DNA from: Gekko japonicus
Taxonomy: Eukaryota
Assembly (NCBI RefSeq): GCF_001447785.1
Contig: NW_015166430.1
Span: forward strand, 261,595 to 325,594
DNA: 64,000 nucleotides
Direction: 5' to 3'
Both the position numbers and the translations under genes were made by a program. The first letter of the stretch is position 1; every line of letters begins with the position of its first letter. The notes beneath the pieces were generated by a model. That model searched no databases and was not told the DNA's origin. It was given only the letters and a program-made list of their open reading frames with translations. This document shows, piece by piece, positions 13,033 to 25,727 of the stretch.

Positions 13033-14839
13033 TTTTCTTTTTTTTTGGAGCCCCCCGTAGGGGATTTTTTAATTTGCATTTCTAAAAACTACATACTAAT
13101 AAACTAGAACGAAAATAGGGGAGGGTAACTACTCACTATGGGATAAAGTAAAAAACCCCCCACTAAAAACCCAAAAGATTGGGTCATACATACTGCTTAT
13201 CAAAACTGGCTTTTAGCTTCTTATTCAATAACAATATATTCGCTGTGGTCATCTCACAATTATTTTTAGCTTATATAATAACATAAATCACCTCTAGTTT
13301 TGACCTATTTTAAAACGGATTATAAGAATTAATTACTAAAGTATATAGAGCTTTCAAAGTGTAATAACATCTCATTTTTTCTTGTCCTTATGTTTTCTCA
13401 AATGGTAGCTTGTCTTCGGGGCAGCTGCCCCTAACTTAGAGTCCGGATCTTCATCTGATTCTGTCGCTGCTCCTTCTTCTTCACTTTGATTGGTGCTATC
13501 TTCTTTCTCCGTTTTTTTTTTCTCCTGGTGGGCGACTGTGTAGATGCAGAAATTCTTGTGCCTTTTCAACAGAGTCAATTTTTTCTTTCTTGTCCATAAA
13601 TTTGATCATCCATCTGTAGGGAATGTTTTTCTTTTATAGGAATAGTACTGGGTCTGTGTATTTCCTCCTCCTCCTCATTTCAAATGGTATGTCCTTTAAC
13701 ACTTTTATTTCTTTGTCTTTGAATTTCAAGGTAGATTCACTTGTTGCTTTGAGAATTTGGTCTCTCACTTGTCTTCTCGAGAATCTTACAATCACTTCCC
13801 CTGGCAGATTATTTTTTCTTGTAAATTCTGGATAAGATCTATAGACCATATCTATTTCACTTTGTAATATGTCTGCTTTTGGCAGATGCCAAAGGGCCCA
13901 ATACATCACACGTAATCTGTTTCAGATTCTCAGTCATCTTCAGGAACACCTTGAAACCTTAAGACATAGCTTGCTCTCTCCATTTGTAGCTGTAACAGTT
14001 GAGACTCTTCCATCAAATTCTTTTTTTCCATCACTTGCAGTTTCCCCCCCCCCAATTTTTTGGTGCTGGCATCCACGTCTTCTTTTTCACTTTTTCTGGT
14101 TTTTTTGGCTATTTCAGCCAATTGCAGTTGCTGTGCATCGAATTTGCCATGCAATGCTGTTATTTGCTCCAGCAGGGGTCGCAATGCTTCCGTTAGCATC
14201 TTTTGTAACTCTTCAGTTGTGTCTTGTCTAGGGGCAGGACTCGCTGGTCCAGCAGGTCTGACAGGAAGTTTTGATTCTTTGTGGATGCCATTTTTAGAGA
14301 TTGTTTACTTTTTGAAAAAGTTATCACAGTCTCTGATACTCCTTAATACGCTTGGTAAGTTCTTAAATACTTGTTAATTCAGTCTGTCTTGCTTCAATCG
14401 TTTACTCCCCTTATCGCTGTAGCTTAAAGTCGCTTAGCCTTTCTTATCGGGGGAGAGTCCCCCCCCCTCGCTTTTAATGGGAGATTTCTGGCTTAAATTT
14501 TCAGTGGTTCTTGCTTTAACTCAAACTCACAGTTCAACATTGATTCCACTTTTCATTTAATTTCGCTCGACCACCAAGCGCTTGTTCCGGTGTGCGATTC
14601 TTTTTCCCATACGGGACACTCCGCAGCGAGACCTTCGGGGCATGGAGGAGCCCCCCTTCTCCGGCTGGGTTGCTGGTGGAAGAGCTCAGTCTAGCGCCCC
14701 ATAGCTAGGAACCCATTGCAAGGGCTCCAGGGGTGGTGCGGACAATCGTGCCCCCTCCCATCCACGGGCTCTGGCTACCGTCTCCCGGAGGTCCATGGGA
14801 AAGTGGCAGCCATGGTGAACGCCAAAACCAGAAGTCCCT
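13033..14839 (-). mobile_element. Full-length ORF1-only L1-derived retroelement (HAL1/half-L1-like), with a disrupted ORF1 at ~14290-13372
   Basis: 16-bp TSD acacctgtccattcct (13017-13032, 14840-14855); poly(A) tail at 13033-13046; GC-rich 5'UTR starting near GGGACTTCTGG; ORF fragments resemble L1 ORF1p (coiled coil, LRFQGVPE, PGEVIVRF...RDQIL...IKVLKDIP..MRRRR); no ORF2. Confidence 0.88.
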
Positions 14840-15061
14840 ACACCTGTCCATTCCTAAATATCCCTTTCCTGGCTTGGAATTTTTCTACATTAAAAAACCC
14901 AAGTAAAGTGTTTAAGGGAGCAAGCCTAAGCAGGTCTACTCAAAAGTAATTACCATTTTATTCAGTGGCTCTTACTCCCAAAGAAAATTTTCTTAGGGTT
15001 GCAGCACCGGGTGTTTTCCACATGAGGACTGGCTTGAATGGATTCCTCTGTTGCTGCTGGA

Positions 15062-15345
15062 GAGCCAGTTTGGTGTTGTGGTTAAGTGCGTGGACTCTAA
15101 TCTGGGAGAACTGGGTTTGATTCCCCACTCCTCCACTTGCACCTGCTGGATGACCTTGGGCAAGCCGTAGTTCTGATAAGAGCTGTTCTTGAAAAAAGAG
15201 CAGTTTCTGTCAAGAGCTCTCTCAGCCCCACCTACCTCACAGGGTGTCTGTTGTGGGGAGGGGAAGAGAAAGGAGTTTGTAAGCTGCTCTGAGACTCCTT
15301 TGGGTAGTGAAGGGCGGGGTATAAATCCAATCTCCTCTTCTTCTT
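15062..15345 (+). mobile_element. tRNA-derived SINE, Squam3-like
   Basis: A box tggtgttgtgg, B box gggtttgattccc, core cctacctcacagggtgtctgttgtgggg, (TCT)n tail; four near-identical copies in the window. Confidence 0.85.
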
Positions 15346-15814
15346 GCTACAGCCTAGCAACAGCAGGGCTTCCACATGGTAAGTTTCCCTGCATTCTCCT
15401 TGCCTCAGTTCCTCAGCTGCAGCAGCCATTCCCCCACAGCACAAGCATGGGTTTTTTCATTTTTTAAAAGCAATCAGCAATAAAATATCATTATTGCATT
15501 ATAGTTAATCTGTCTGGCAGGTTCTCTGAAGTTCCAGGTTCAGTAAAAAAAAAGTCATTAGCTTCTTCCATTGCAAAAATATAAAGAGAAAAGCATATAT
15601 TTGCACAGAAAGGAACAAAGACCTGCTTTAAAAAAATGAAAGGTGGGATTTCAGAGAACCTAATATGCAGATTACTACATAATAAGAATATTCAATTGGT
15701 TGCGGGGAAATGGAAAAATGGTAGTGATGTGAGCAGGATTGAGAAGATCAGGACCTTCCTGTCCACTTGGATGCCATCCAGGCTTTGCTGTGATCTTTCC
15801 CAAAACTTTACTAC

Positions 15815-16192
15815 AGTCCCGGTCACACGGAGAATTTGCCTCGGGAGAGGCATGACTGCCTGGCGGATTAAACGGGCGTGATCATATGGAAACATATGGG
15901 AAGCATCGCTCGCCTGTCCCCAGCACATAGCTTACCGCCAAAGATCCGGAGTTAAAAAGTACCGCCCACAAGCTACTAGCAAATGGTTTGCCACGGGCTG
16001 CAGACGGACTGTCTCCGTCTGATCGCCCCAGCGTGCTTCTTTTGCCCCATTGAAGCATCGCAAGAACCATGTGCCGACGAAAACAACGCGGTTTGCCGCC
16101 GTCACGTCTACTTGCGTTGCAGCGGCTCAAATTGTGACGGCGCTAATAGCCACGCCTCCTCCCCGCGTTATCTGGCCCGTGTGACCAGGGCC
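15815..16192. mobile_element. CpG-rich MITE, PIF/Harbinger-like, subfamily A
   Basis: TIR consensus GGCCCCGGTCACACG; 3-bp TSD tac/tac. Confidence 0.8.
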
Positions 16193-17829
16193 TACAAAGC
16201 AAGTTTGGAAAATATTCAAGAAAGATGTGGGGAAGTACTATGATGATGTGGGAAAGCAGGATAAACCCCCCACTTTCCAAACCCAGGTCAAACAACCCAT
16301 GTGTAAGTGACCTGAGGACCCAGCCAGGAAGTCCCTGGTTTAGTTCTCATGCATGCTACCACCTCCTTAGGTAACACCTTTGGCAAGCCACTGCGTCCTG
16401 ATCCTCAGCGGCCTCAACACATACAGACCGTTATGGGGCTCTGCTAGGCTTGCAGTAATATATGTGACACAATTCAAACATTCTAAAGTGCTGCATAATA
16501 TTGCTTATTGTGTAGTGTGTGGGATTTCCGGGGACCTGCCTCGAGGAGATGTTCAGGGCATGCACAGGGTTGCTAGCTACATTCTCCCTTGAACTTACAC
16601 ATTTGTCATCAAACTAGCTCAGTCCTAGGGACTTATGGAGTAACTAGTGCTGAGCCAAAAAAGATGGGGAGTACTTTGGTAAATATTTCCACCACCTGCA
16701 AAAGCTCCACTCTTTCAGTGATGGAGAAGGTTCAGTGTTTGCACATCGTCTTCCTGTTAGCTTCAGAAAAATCCACACTCACTAAAGTCCTCCAGCTTCT
16801 TAGTAAGCCCTTGGTTGTGCGCTTGCTAGGCAGGGCCTAATGTACTGTGGCTGTTATATGGCAGATACATCTGCTGCTTTCTGCTCTTTTGTCCTGCAGG
16901 TTTATAGGAGGGCACTGCATTCTGGGAAATTTATGTACTATCTAACCTACCTTGGGAAGCACTCTCAGCAAAAGGAGATGCCTGTCATGGAGAGCACTGG
17001 TCTTGGCTTAGAAAATTAGGACCTCTGTCATGCATGCAAGAGTTGCACAACATACAAAATTCTCTCCTCCCTGGGCAGCTCCCTTGCCTGCAGCACAGGG
17101 CAGAGGCCCACACCATGCCCTTTGATTCCTCCCTTCCTGTTCAATGCTTGCTTCCCTTCATTTGAAAACAGAACAGTGAATTGTTAATCAAGCAGTTCTC
17201 TACTGCATTAGGAAGTAGCTGCCGGAGCAAAAGAGATTTTCCACTGTACTGCACATGGAACACATGTGTTTACTTAACCCATCTTCTGATAAACGATCAT
17301 GCCATCCAACTTGATAATTCCTGGCAATGCTCATCAAAGTCCCTTATTGGGGTACATGCTTATTGTTAGGAGGCCTGGTCTTTGGAGGGAGGGGCCAGGA
17401 CATTCAATACATGACTGTGTCAACCTTCTTTAAGCTCTGTGTTCCCCCTTTATAAGATACATGGAGAAAAGGGAATTTTCTTACCTAACCCAGGGGAGCC
17501 ATAAGGATAATTTGTTCCTGGACTGAACTTGTTGTTTTGTAAGTGCTGGACCTTTGGGCATGCATGGACAGGGGACATGTGAACAATGGGAAAAAGCTCT
17601 CAGCCTTTAGCTACATAGTTAAGAATATCAAAATTATTATTGTATCATCAGCATGCATGATGCTTTACAGAATACAAGAAGTTGAGTCTTTGTCCTGAAA
17701 TTTCACATAAGGGATCACAAAGAGGTAGAGGTGGGGGTAAGCAGGAGAGGAATATTGCAGATGGGTAGCCTTGTGACTCTTCAGTGACAGAACAAAACAG
17801 TATCCAGGAGTCATTCAGAGACTAAGAAA

Positions 17830-18217
17830 GGCCCCGGCCATACGTGGCCGGAAAACGCGGGGGGGGGGGGGGGGAGGCGTGGCTATTTGTGCCGTCGCAT
17901 TCAGATCTGCCGTTATGCGATCAGACGTGATGGTGGCGCACCGGGGTTTTGTCCTTCGGCACGCGCTGCAAAGAGGACAGCCGGAGGGAATAAACGCGCG
18001 CCGGCGCAATCACACCGAACGAGTCCGTCTGCAGCCCATGGCAAACTATTTGCTAGTAGATCTTTGCAGGTACTTTTTAACTGCGCATCTTTGGCGTCAC
18101 GCCACGGGTTGGCCATGGGTGCACTACGCTTCCCAGATGTTGCAGTGTGATTGCGCCCTGAAAATCTGCCCAGCATTCATGCCTTTTGCGCAGCAAATTC
18201 TCCGTGTGACCGGGGCC
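17830..18217. mobile_element. CpG-rich MITE, subfamily A, opposite orientation to the 15815 copy
   Basis: ggccccggccatacg ... cgtgtgaccggggcc; TSD aaa/aaa. Confidence 0.85.
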
Positions 18218-18329
18218 AAAGTTTATTCCAGCATAAATTTTTATGAGTCAGAGCTCACTTCATCACATGCACAAAGGCAGGTGAATTTATATTAAAGGCT
18301 GAAAACCACAGAAAGGTGGGAGCAAGTGG

Positions 18330-20220
18330 GTGGGTGGAGAAGAAGTGCTACAAAGAGAAGCCATTTTAAAACAAGATCCAGTCCAGTGAGAGTGGGTGAG
18401 GACCACGCCTGACTGTAGATGGATAGGCAAAGTGGGATTAACATAAAATCTGATCTAGGAAGGTACAAGATGAAACATGAAAAGCTGATCCAATAAGAAA
18501 GGTATAGAGATATAGTTGAACTAATTAATATATGTAGGGGTGGGAATATGCAAGATATTCTTACTATAGTGAGCGAGGACCCAGTGGGGGGGGAGAATAG
18601 TTTTGTAGGAGAATAGTGAATTTTAGCAGAATGCCCTGGCAGTATACAAGTATGGTTGGGTAGAGAGACAGTTCCAGGCATAAGAGGCACACAGTGAAAA
18701 CGTGGTAGTGTTGTTTGAGGGTGCCCTTCAGAGGTCTGAGAGCTGGAGGAGTGAAGGTAAAGAGCAAGGCTCTATTGGGATGTGAGAGTGGAGTAATCAG
18801 AGGGGAGGGGAAGAGAGCTTGGAAACCAAATTGTCAAGGGTTTTGGGAAAAGAGAAGGTTGAGATAGCAGGAGAAAACCTCATGCCCCAGGAGTTTGGAG
18901 AAGGGAAACAGGGTGTTAGTTAGAGATGAAGGAAGAATCAAGTCATGGCTTTTGGGAGTGGTGGAAAAAGAGATGCATTTGTTCTGTTCTGGCTCCTCCT
19001 CTGCTGTATTCAATGGACTGACATCTGGTGGAGAGGAGAGATAATAATGTGGGAGATGCCAAACTAGTCCAAATAGGATTGTGGATGACTGTGGAGGGGT
19101 TGAACAGTGTCAACAGAATAGTCATCCTATCAAGTGAAATGGGAAAAGGGAAAAGATTGAACAAGGTGTAGAAACAGAAGTTGAAGGGGAAATGGGAGAG
19201 AGTGGTACAGAGATTAGAGCAGATAATTTTACCACTGCAGGAGGGAGTTAAGATGAGGAAAGCCTTAGTAGGACTTCAGAGGTGAAGAAGGATTCCTGAG
19301 GATTCCTAGAGCTGGTGTTGATGAAGGAGGTGGATGAGAGAGAGGCAGAGAGAGGTGTAAAGTACCTGCTTAGCCTGGTGGATGGTAGACAAGAAGGAAG
19401 AAACAATGAATGTATAATGAACAAAATTAGCCAGCCCTTTTGTTCTTCTCCAGGTGCATTCAGCTACATGAGAACATGAATAGAGATTTTGAAAAAGAGA
19501 GCAAGCTGGTGCTGGGGATAAATGATTCACTGGGGGATTGGATTCATGAGTTGAGAATGGGGATTAGTTGAAGGCAGACGTACAGACCTAAGGGGTGAGC
19601 AGAAGGGAGAAGTGGGTGCAGAACGTCTGAGAAGGTCCTGGAATCCAGAAGGAGCAGGTGTGGGGAAGGTGAATTAAGTGTGATGAGATAAGGTGATGGT
19701 CATTCAGAAGGCATTCAGAGAAGTCAGAGACCGAGTAGTTCTTGGTGAAGACAAGATCAAGAGTGCCTCAGGCAGTGTTCAGGGAAGTCAGTCCAGAGGA
19801 ACCAAAATGCTGCTGGGTCAAAGGGAGGATCATCATGGATGCTGAACTTACTACTGAGTAAAGCAAAACTGCTATCAGAGAGGAAGAAGAGGCATCAAGG
19901 TCAAAAATAACAGTAGACTGAGATCTGGAGGGGTAATCTACAACTGCAGCACAGAGCTGCAGAGGGAAATAGATCTGGACAGAATGAACTTTAAAGACAA
20001 TAAAGCAGTAGGATGGAGATGTGGGCACAAGCTGGGACTGGCAGACTTTGGGTGAGAAGAAGGAAGCCAGAATCATCACCATGGACATCAGGGTGATGTG
20101 TGGCAGAAGGAGATCTCTCAAAGAGAGAACAGCAACAGTTGCAGTCTTGGGGTATGCCAGGTAAGGAGAAGTACCTTGGGGAGTTTGAGAGAGATAAAGA
20201 CCATAACATTTACCTAGGCA
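18330..20220 (-). mobile_element. Degenerate L2-clade LINE ORF2 (endonuclease to RT) fragment
   Basis: Pyrimidine-rich - strand with remnant APE motifs (GTLDLVFT, DHHL near 19700-19767) and many stops; boundaries approximate. Confidence 0.65.
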
Positions 20221-20603
20221 CAGGAGATCTCTTCCACAGTTCAACAGATGGTGCATTCTTTTTACTCTTTTCAAGGCAAGTCTAAGCATAATATAATAGC
20301 CCTGGGCAGAAATCTGACAGCATTTTAAACACCTTTAACTGAGTAGCAGTGAATGGAAAGAGCAGAGGAGATTCTACTGGAAATTTTTACTTTTGTGTAG
20401 CTTAACAGAGGTAGTGTAATCAATTCTATCACTAAACATGTAGGTTGTCACATTTTCCAACAACAAAATGGCAGATAGTACTCTAGCAAGTAGTTCTTAC
20501 CCTTTCTTAATGTGGGAAATAATTTTTAATGGTAGCAGAGTCACTACTGTAGAGCTGTGCTGTTGCAGAAGATTAATTAAAGGCTGTCTCTTGAACCCTG
20601 CAG

Positions 20604-20696
20604 GTTCCTCGTGTGCATATTCTGAAGCGCTCTCCCGAAGGAGCCCCTGTACAGGTCTACGTGCCGGAGAATGGGGAAATCATTACTCAGGTCTAG
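20604..20696 (+). CDS. INAVA: INAVA terminal coding exon (VPRVHILKRSPEGAPVQVYVPENGEIITQV*), class I PDZ-ligand-like C-terminus
   Basis: ctgcag|gtt acceptor, TAG at 20694-20696; matches recalled human end ...GAPVQVFVPEKGEIISQV. Confidence 0.95.
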   Translation, partial: VPRVHILKRSPEGAPVQVYVPENGEIITQV

Positions 20697-21832
20697 AAAG
20701 TTACTTACTTCTCACAGAATCAGGCATCGTCAGCAGGCTGACTGTCTACTTGAAGGTGAGGAGGTCGTCCCAAGTGAAATCTTGGCATGCTCTTTGACCT
20801 GCTGTTCCTTCCTGTTACTTGAATAGAAGATTTAAGATCTATGCTGGAAGCTACAGGAGATGACTACTCAGCCTTTTCCTTTTGTTTGTGTGCTGAGCTC
20901 ACACAGTAGACTTGTCTTGGACAGTTGTGTTCCTTTAGCTGAGGACTAGGTGGAATACACAAGGCAGCAAGAACCAACTGCACTAATATTTGTTTGTCTG
21001 ACTATTTATTCATCCATTTGCTACAGTGGAAACGTCTTAGGAGAGCAACATCAGCTCAAAGAATTTCAGATGGCTGCTAGGAAAGGAATCAAGCCTGACC
21101 ATGTGGCTTGACTCTCCTCTGTGGAAGTGGGATGCATGTGCTTTCCCAAATGCTCAGCTGTGCCCACGTCTCTTCTATTCTTACGTCAAGCTATGTGTTG
21201 GCTGCCAGGAGATCAGGCCACACCAAAGAAACTGGTAGGTCTTCTTGAGTGTAAGTTACACTCTTACCAGTGTGCCAATTGATAAGGTACTTTCATTCAA
21301 AACGTCTGCCATCTGTTTGATTCTATATCTGAATCACAGGTGCCCTATTTTCAGTTTTATTGGAAATTTCTACTAAAAAATGGCGCCATTTCATGGGTGA
21401 AATCTTGCTCTTTTTGTATGTATCTAACCCTCATTATTTAATGGAAGGGGGAAGAGTTTTTCCATTTCCAAACTAAGTCACTGTATTTAGTAATCTCCTC
21501 TTCTTGCTTACCAGACAACTAGTTATCTTACAACTTACAAAATGTCCATTGTTCTCTTGAGTTGTAATGAGAAAACAGCTGCTATATACCAACTTTGGAT
21601 GCCAGGATGGGCATGCTGCTCACACAGGAAAGTGCCCAGATCTGTTAACACAATAGAGACCAAGTTTTCACAGGATCACGTTTGTAATTTTTCTGACCAC
21701 CCTAATTATTTGTCTTACTACAGAGGATGGACATTTCCTGCAGAAATCTTCCTTGGTCCAAGCAATTTAAATCACACCCTTGCTGCAACCTTGGGGTGGG
21801 TGGGTGGGTGGGCATTTTCTGGTGTTCTCATA

Positions 21833-22095
21833 GAAGATGAGTTGGATTTATACCCTGCCCTTCACTCGGAGTCTTAGAGTGGCTTACAATCTCCTTCCCT
21901 TCCTCTCCCCTCAACAGACACCCTGTAAGGTAGGTGGGGCTGAGAGAGCTCTGAGAGAACTGCTCTTGAGAGAACAGCTCTGAGAACTGTGACTGACTCA
22001 AGATCACCCAGCTGGCTTCATGTGGAGGAGTGGGGAATCAAATCCAGTTCTCCAGATTAGAGTCCGGTGCTCTTAACCACTACACCACACTGGCT
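21833..22095 (-). mobile_element. Squam3-like SINE, possibly within the INAVA 3'UTR
   Basis: Reverse complement of the 15062 copy. Confidence 0.85.
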
Positions 22096-23010
22096 GTCAT
22101 AGTATTTCTGAGTTTAGATAGCAGGTTAGGGTTGCCAGCTTTTTTTGTGACAGGTGTACCATTCATTTAACCGCTGCATGACCAGCAGAAACTCTATTGT
22201 GAAACTTCTGTTACATCTGCGTTGTGCTAAAAGTTTCACCCATGGTCTAGTAAAGTTCATACAGCTGCACAGGAGCCTAGCCATTTGACTGGATGAAGCT
22301 CCTCCTGTCTAAGGAAGTTCCCTTCATTTCTGTTGAAGAAAGAGCCACATACACCAGAGGAATCTCCACAGGCTGCAGGAAGGTTTCACAATTTTCTCAG
22401 TGGAGTGGTGGGATACAGCTCACTGCACTGTAGTGGCTTAAGAGACCAAAGTACTAATCAGTCTGAGGACTCTGAATTGAGACTATCCAAAGTTAACCTT
22501 TTAGATGCTTTTCAGCTCAGTGAGAATACTATAGTGTGTCTAGATTTTGACCTGCCCCATCCTCTCTGAACCCACTTTTCCCAATCTTCCGTTGTGGTAA
22601 TCTGTCATTTGAGCAACTTCACCACCTTCAGTGTGGTAGAGCGACTCTGTGCTTTAGCCCCGGCCCCTCTCCCACCGAGTCACGCACTGTCATTCAGGGC
22701 CAGCCTGTCACCAGAGCTGTGCATATGCTGTGCCTTGAAGATCAAAATTCCACTCACAATAGCCCTAATTCTGTGCCCAGAAAGCTGAATTCTACAGCTT
22801 GTGCACATTAATTCTGCAAGTTAAAACAAATATGGGTAATTCCTATTTCACTAGTTATGTAAAGGAGCAAAAGGGTTATGGAAGACACTGAAGTTCCCCT
22901 CCCTATTGAACACCATGTTCTGTCTTTCCTCTGGCTTCTCTAATTTCAACAGGTATTGCCCACACACAAATAGCTTGCCTCCATAAACTTAGGAACTTGG
23001 CTCTTCCAAC

Positions 23011-23016
23011 AATAAA
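23011..23016 (+). terminator. Possible INAVA polyadenylation signal
   Basis: AATAAA followed ~25 nt later by GU-rich tgtgtttgtgg; no transcript evidence. Confidence 0.35.
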
Positions 23017-23423
23017 AAGGGATTCTCAGGATAATGTACTGTGTTTGTGGAATGCAGTCACAGAATGACTTCCCTCCTGTGCTGCTCCTCATTGCCTTCT
23101 GTTGCAATGCTATTCTAGGCAGCCTGTTGTCTTTAACCTTTGTTCCTGTTTGTGTGATAGAATAGGGATGCTAAATCACTAATTATGGTACCATAATGAC
23201 TGAGTATGTGCAGTATCTGCAGAACACACAATGTTCTTGAGATTAACTTATTTGTTTAAGTTTTGCCACTGGCGATCCTGTGTCCTTGTTTGTAACAGTT
23301 GGTCTGGACTTACCTCTAAACAGCATTAAATGTATTTTAACATTTTATCTTAAATGGAGTGAATTATTTGAGTTTTTGTGATCTGTTCCTTCATAGCTCT
23401 GCTATAATTTCTATTATGGTAAC

Positions 23424-23629
23424 CAATGCTCCCTCTAAGCTGTGGAGTCTTGTGAGCAAAAATTCTGCTTTGTGAGTTACTGGCATTAAAGTTGTGAGCG
23501 AGTGATTTGGCTACTGCATAAATTAGTTTGCTCTGGAGCCATCCTTCCTGAGCTAAGACAAAAATGTGTGAGCTGGAGGCTAAAAAACTGTGAGCTAGCT
23601 CACACTAACTCAGCTTAGAGGGAACACTG
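23424..23629. mobile_element. hAT (Tip100-like) MITE
   Basis: 19-bp TIR caatgctccctctaagctg / cagcttagagggaacactg; perfect 8-bp TSD atggtaac. Confidence 0.88.
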
Positions 23630-23939
23630 ATGGTAACTATCACAGTCAGTGTTATGTCACTGGCCCCAAGTGCTCAAGTTCAAGGACAGATTTAGGACTG
23701 CTACCTTCCGCTGACATATCTAAAGTCCTCCAGGCACTTTACCAGCAACACTGAAATACCTGAGCATTCACAAAAGCAAAGCAAGGACAGATGGGGCAAA
23801 ATTAGCTGATGTGGAAGAGACTGGCTCCTCCCAGTGTATCTGCAGGCAAAAGCTTAGAATCAAACATTCTAGCTCCTACAAGGTTGGACTTTGTAGCCAC
23901 CAGATGATTTCTTCCAAACCATCAAAGAGTGATTAACAC

Positions 23940-24255
23940 ATTGAATTCACTGCCACAGGAGGTGGAGGCGGCTACAAGCATGGACAGCTTCAAGTGGGAA
24001 TTAGATAAGCATATGGAGCAGAAGTCCATCAGTGGCTATTAGCCACAATGTATAGATAGGGACTCTCGGTCTGGGGCAAGGGATGCTCTGTATTCTTGGT
24101 GCTTGGGGGGGTGGTCAATAGTGGGAGAGCTTCTAGTGTCCTGGCCCCACTGCTGGACCTCCTGATGGCACCTGGTATTTTTGGCCACTGTGTGACAGAG
24201 AGTTGGACTGGATGGGCCATTGGCCTGATCCAACATTGGCTTCCCTATGTTCTTA
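23940..24255 (+). mobile_element. CR1 LINE 3' fragment
   Basis: RT C-terminal remnant NSLPQEVEAATSMDSFK.ELDKHM, then 3'UTR ...tggactggatgggccattggcctgatcca...tatgttctta. Confidence 0.8.
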
Positions 24256-24499
24256 TCCAATACTACATTAAAAAGATCAGTCATTAGAAAACACCAACAA
24301 CCATCAGATCATTTCAAGGCAGTAACTTGAATTATTAAGTAGGACCAGTAGTAGGCTACTTGTTGCCCAAAGAAGTCTGACAACAGATTTATCATAATTG
24401 CTACTTACAAACTTAAGGCACTATATAAACATCTTAGGGGGCCTGTCATGCAACAGCAGGAAAAGATCAAGCTCCAAGTATTGTGTCACATTTTATTCA

Positions 24500-24668
24500 C
24501 CCCCTTCCTTCAAGGTGGTGAACATGTTTCTCCCCCATTTTTATTTTATCCTCACACAACCCAGTTAGTTAGATTGAGAGACTTGACTAGCCCAAAGGCA
24601 CCCAGTGAGCTTCATGGCTGAGAAGATTTTAACCCAGGTCTCCTCTAACTACACCACCACACTGGCTG
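24500..24668 (-). mobile_element. Degenerate Squam3/MIR-like SINE
   Basis: tttatcctcacacaaccc...gcccaaaggcacccagtgagcttcatggctgag...ctacaccaccacactggct. Confidence 0.55.
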
Positions 24669-25083
24669 TCCTCCTTTGCAAGGTGCACAAAACTAGGTTA
24701 CATATGAATGAAATATGTGCAGAAGGGTGAGGGGGGCACAGTGAAAGAACGATAATTGGGGTTTCAGCAAAACAAACAAACATCAGACTAGATCTGCTGC
24801 ACCTCAGATATTGAACTGAGGATAAATTTGGTGTAATAAGGAACTGGAGACAAAATTCAGTCTTACGTAACCTGCAGAAACCATTCCTTACCAGCAAAAG
24901 TTACTCCTATCTACTTTTCTTTTACCAGCAGTTTTCCTGTCATACCAAAATTCCGCTCCTTTAATCAAATTTCCCCATCTTTCTTTTCATTCTTCTGAAA
25001 GAGCTTCCAATTCTAGCCTACTGACCAAAAAAAGGAGAAAAAACCCAAAAAACCTGCTCACAGATTTCATTTTAACAAGCTTA

Positions 25084-25089
25084 TTTATT
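25084..25089 (-). terminator. KIF21B polyadenylation signal (3'UTR ~25065-28854)
   Basis: AATAAA on - strand followed ~35 nt later by a U/GU-rich element (ggttttttgggtttttt). Confidence 0.7.
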
Positions 25090-25727
25090 AAGAAGAGGAA
25101 CAAACACGCACATTGGAAAACCATGTACATCAGGAACCATAAATAACTTACACTATTTACACAGAGGTATAAAATTTTACACACTTTATCCTTCATACAC
25201 ACACACACACACACACACAAACAGACCATTTTGCCTGATGACACAGCTCCCATTAGAAGCCCCAAACAAGCACCAGCCTTTTGTAAAAGACATTTCAGAG
25301 CAAGAAAAGGCACCTGTTATTTGAAATGTGCTGTACATACACCGATATGACTAAGTCAGTCCTCACCTATGGCATTTATGTGCATTAGAACAGAGGGTCG
25401 TCCAGGTTTATTTTTCTTCCTTGAAAGTGAGGGTGTCATTTATTTTATTTATTTATTTGTTAGATTTCTACCCCGCCCTCCCAGCTGATGTCTTGCTACC
25501 CGAAGGTGTAACAGCAGGGCTGTAGCATCTCTGTGTCCCAAATCATAAGCATCGGGAATACCAGGTTAACATGGCTAGAATTTCCTTGTACTGCTGACTG
25601 TAGCAAGAGTAGATTATGGAGAACCACATCTGAGTCATGTTACGTTGACCTTTTCATGAACATGTATATTCAATCCAAGATCCACTACAATCAGAACTTT
25701 TTGCTTCATCATTTTGACCCCTTACAC

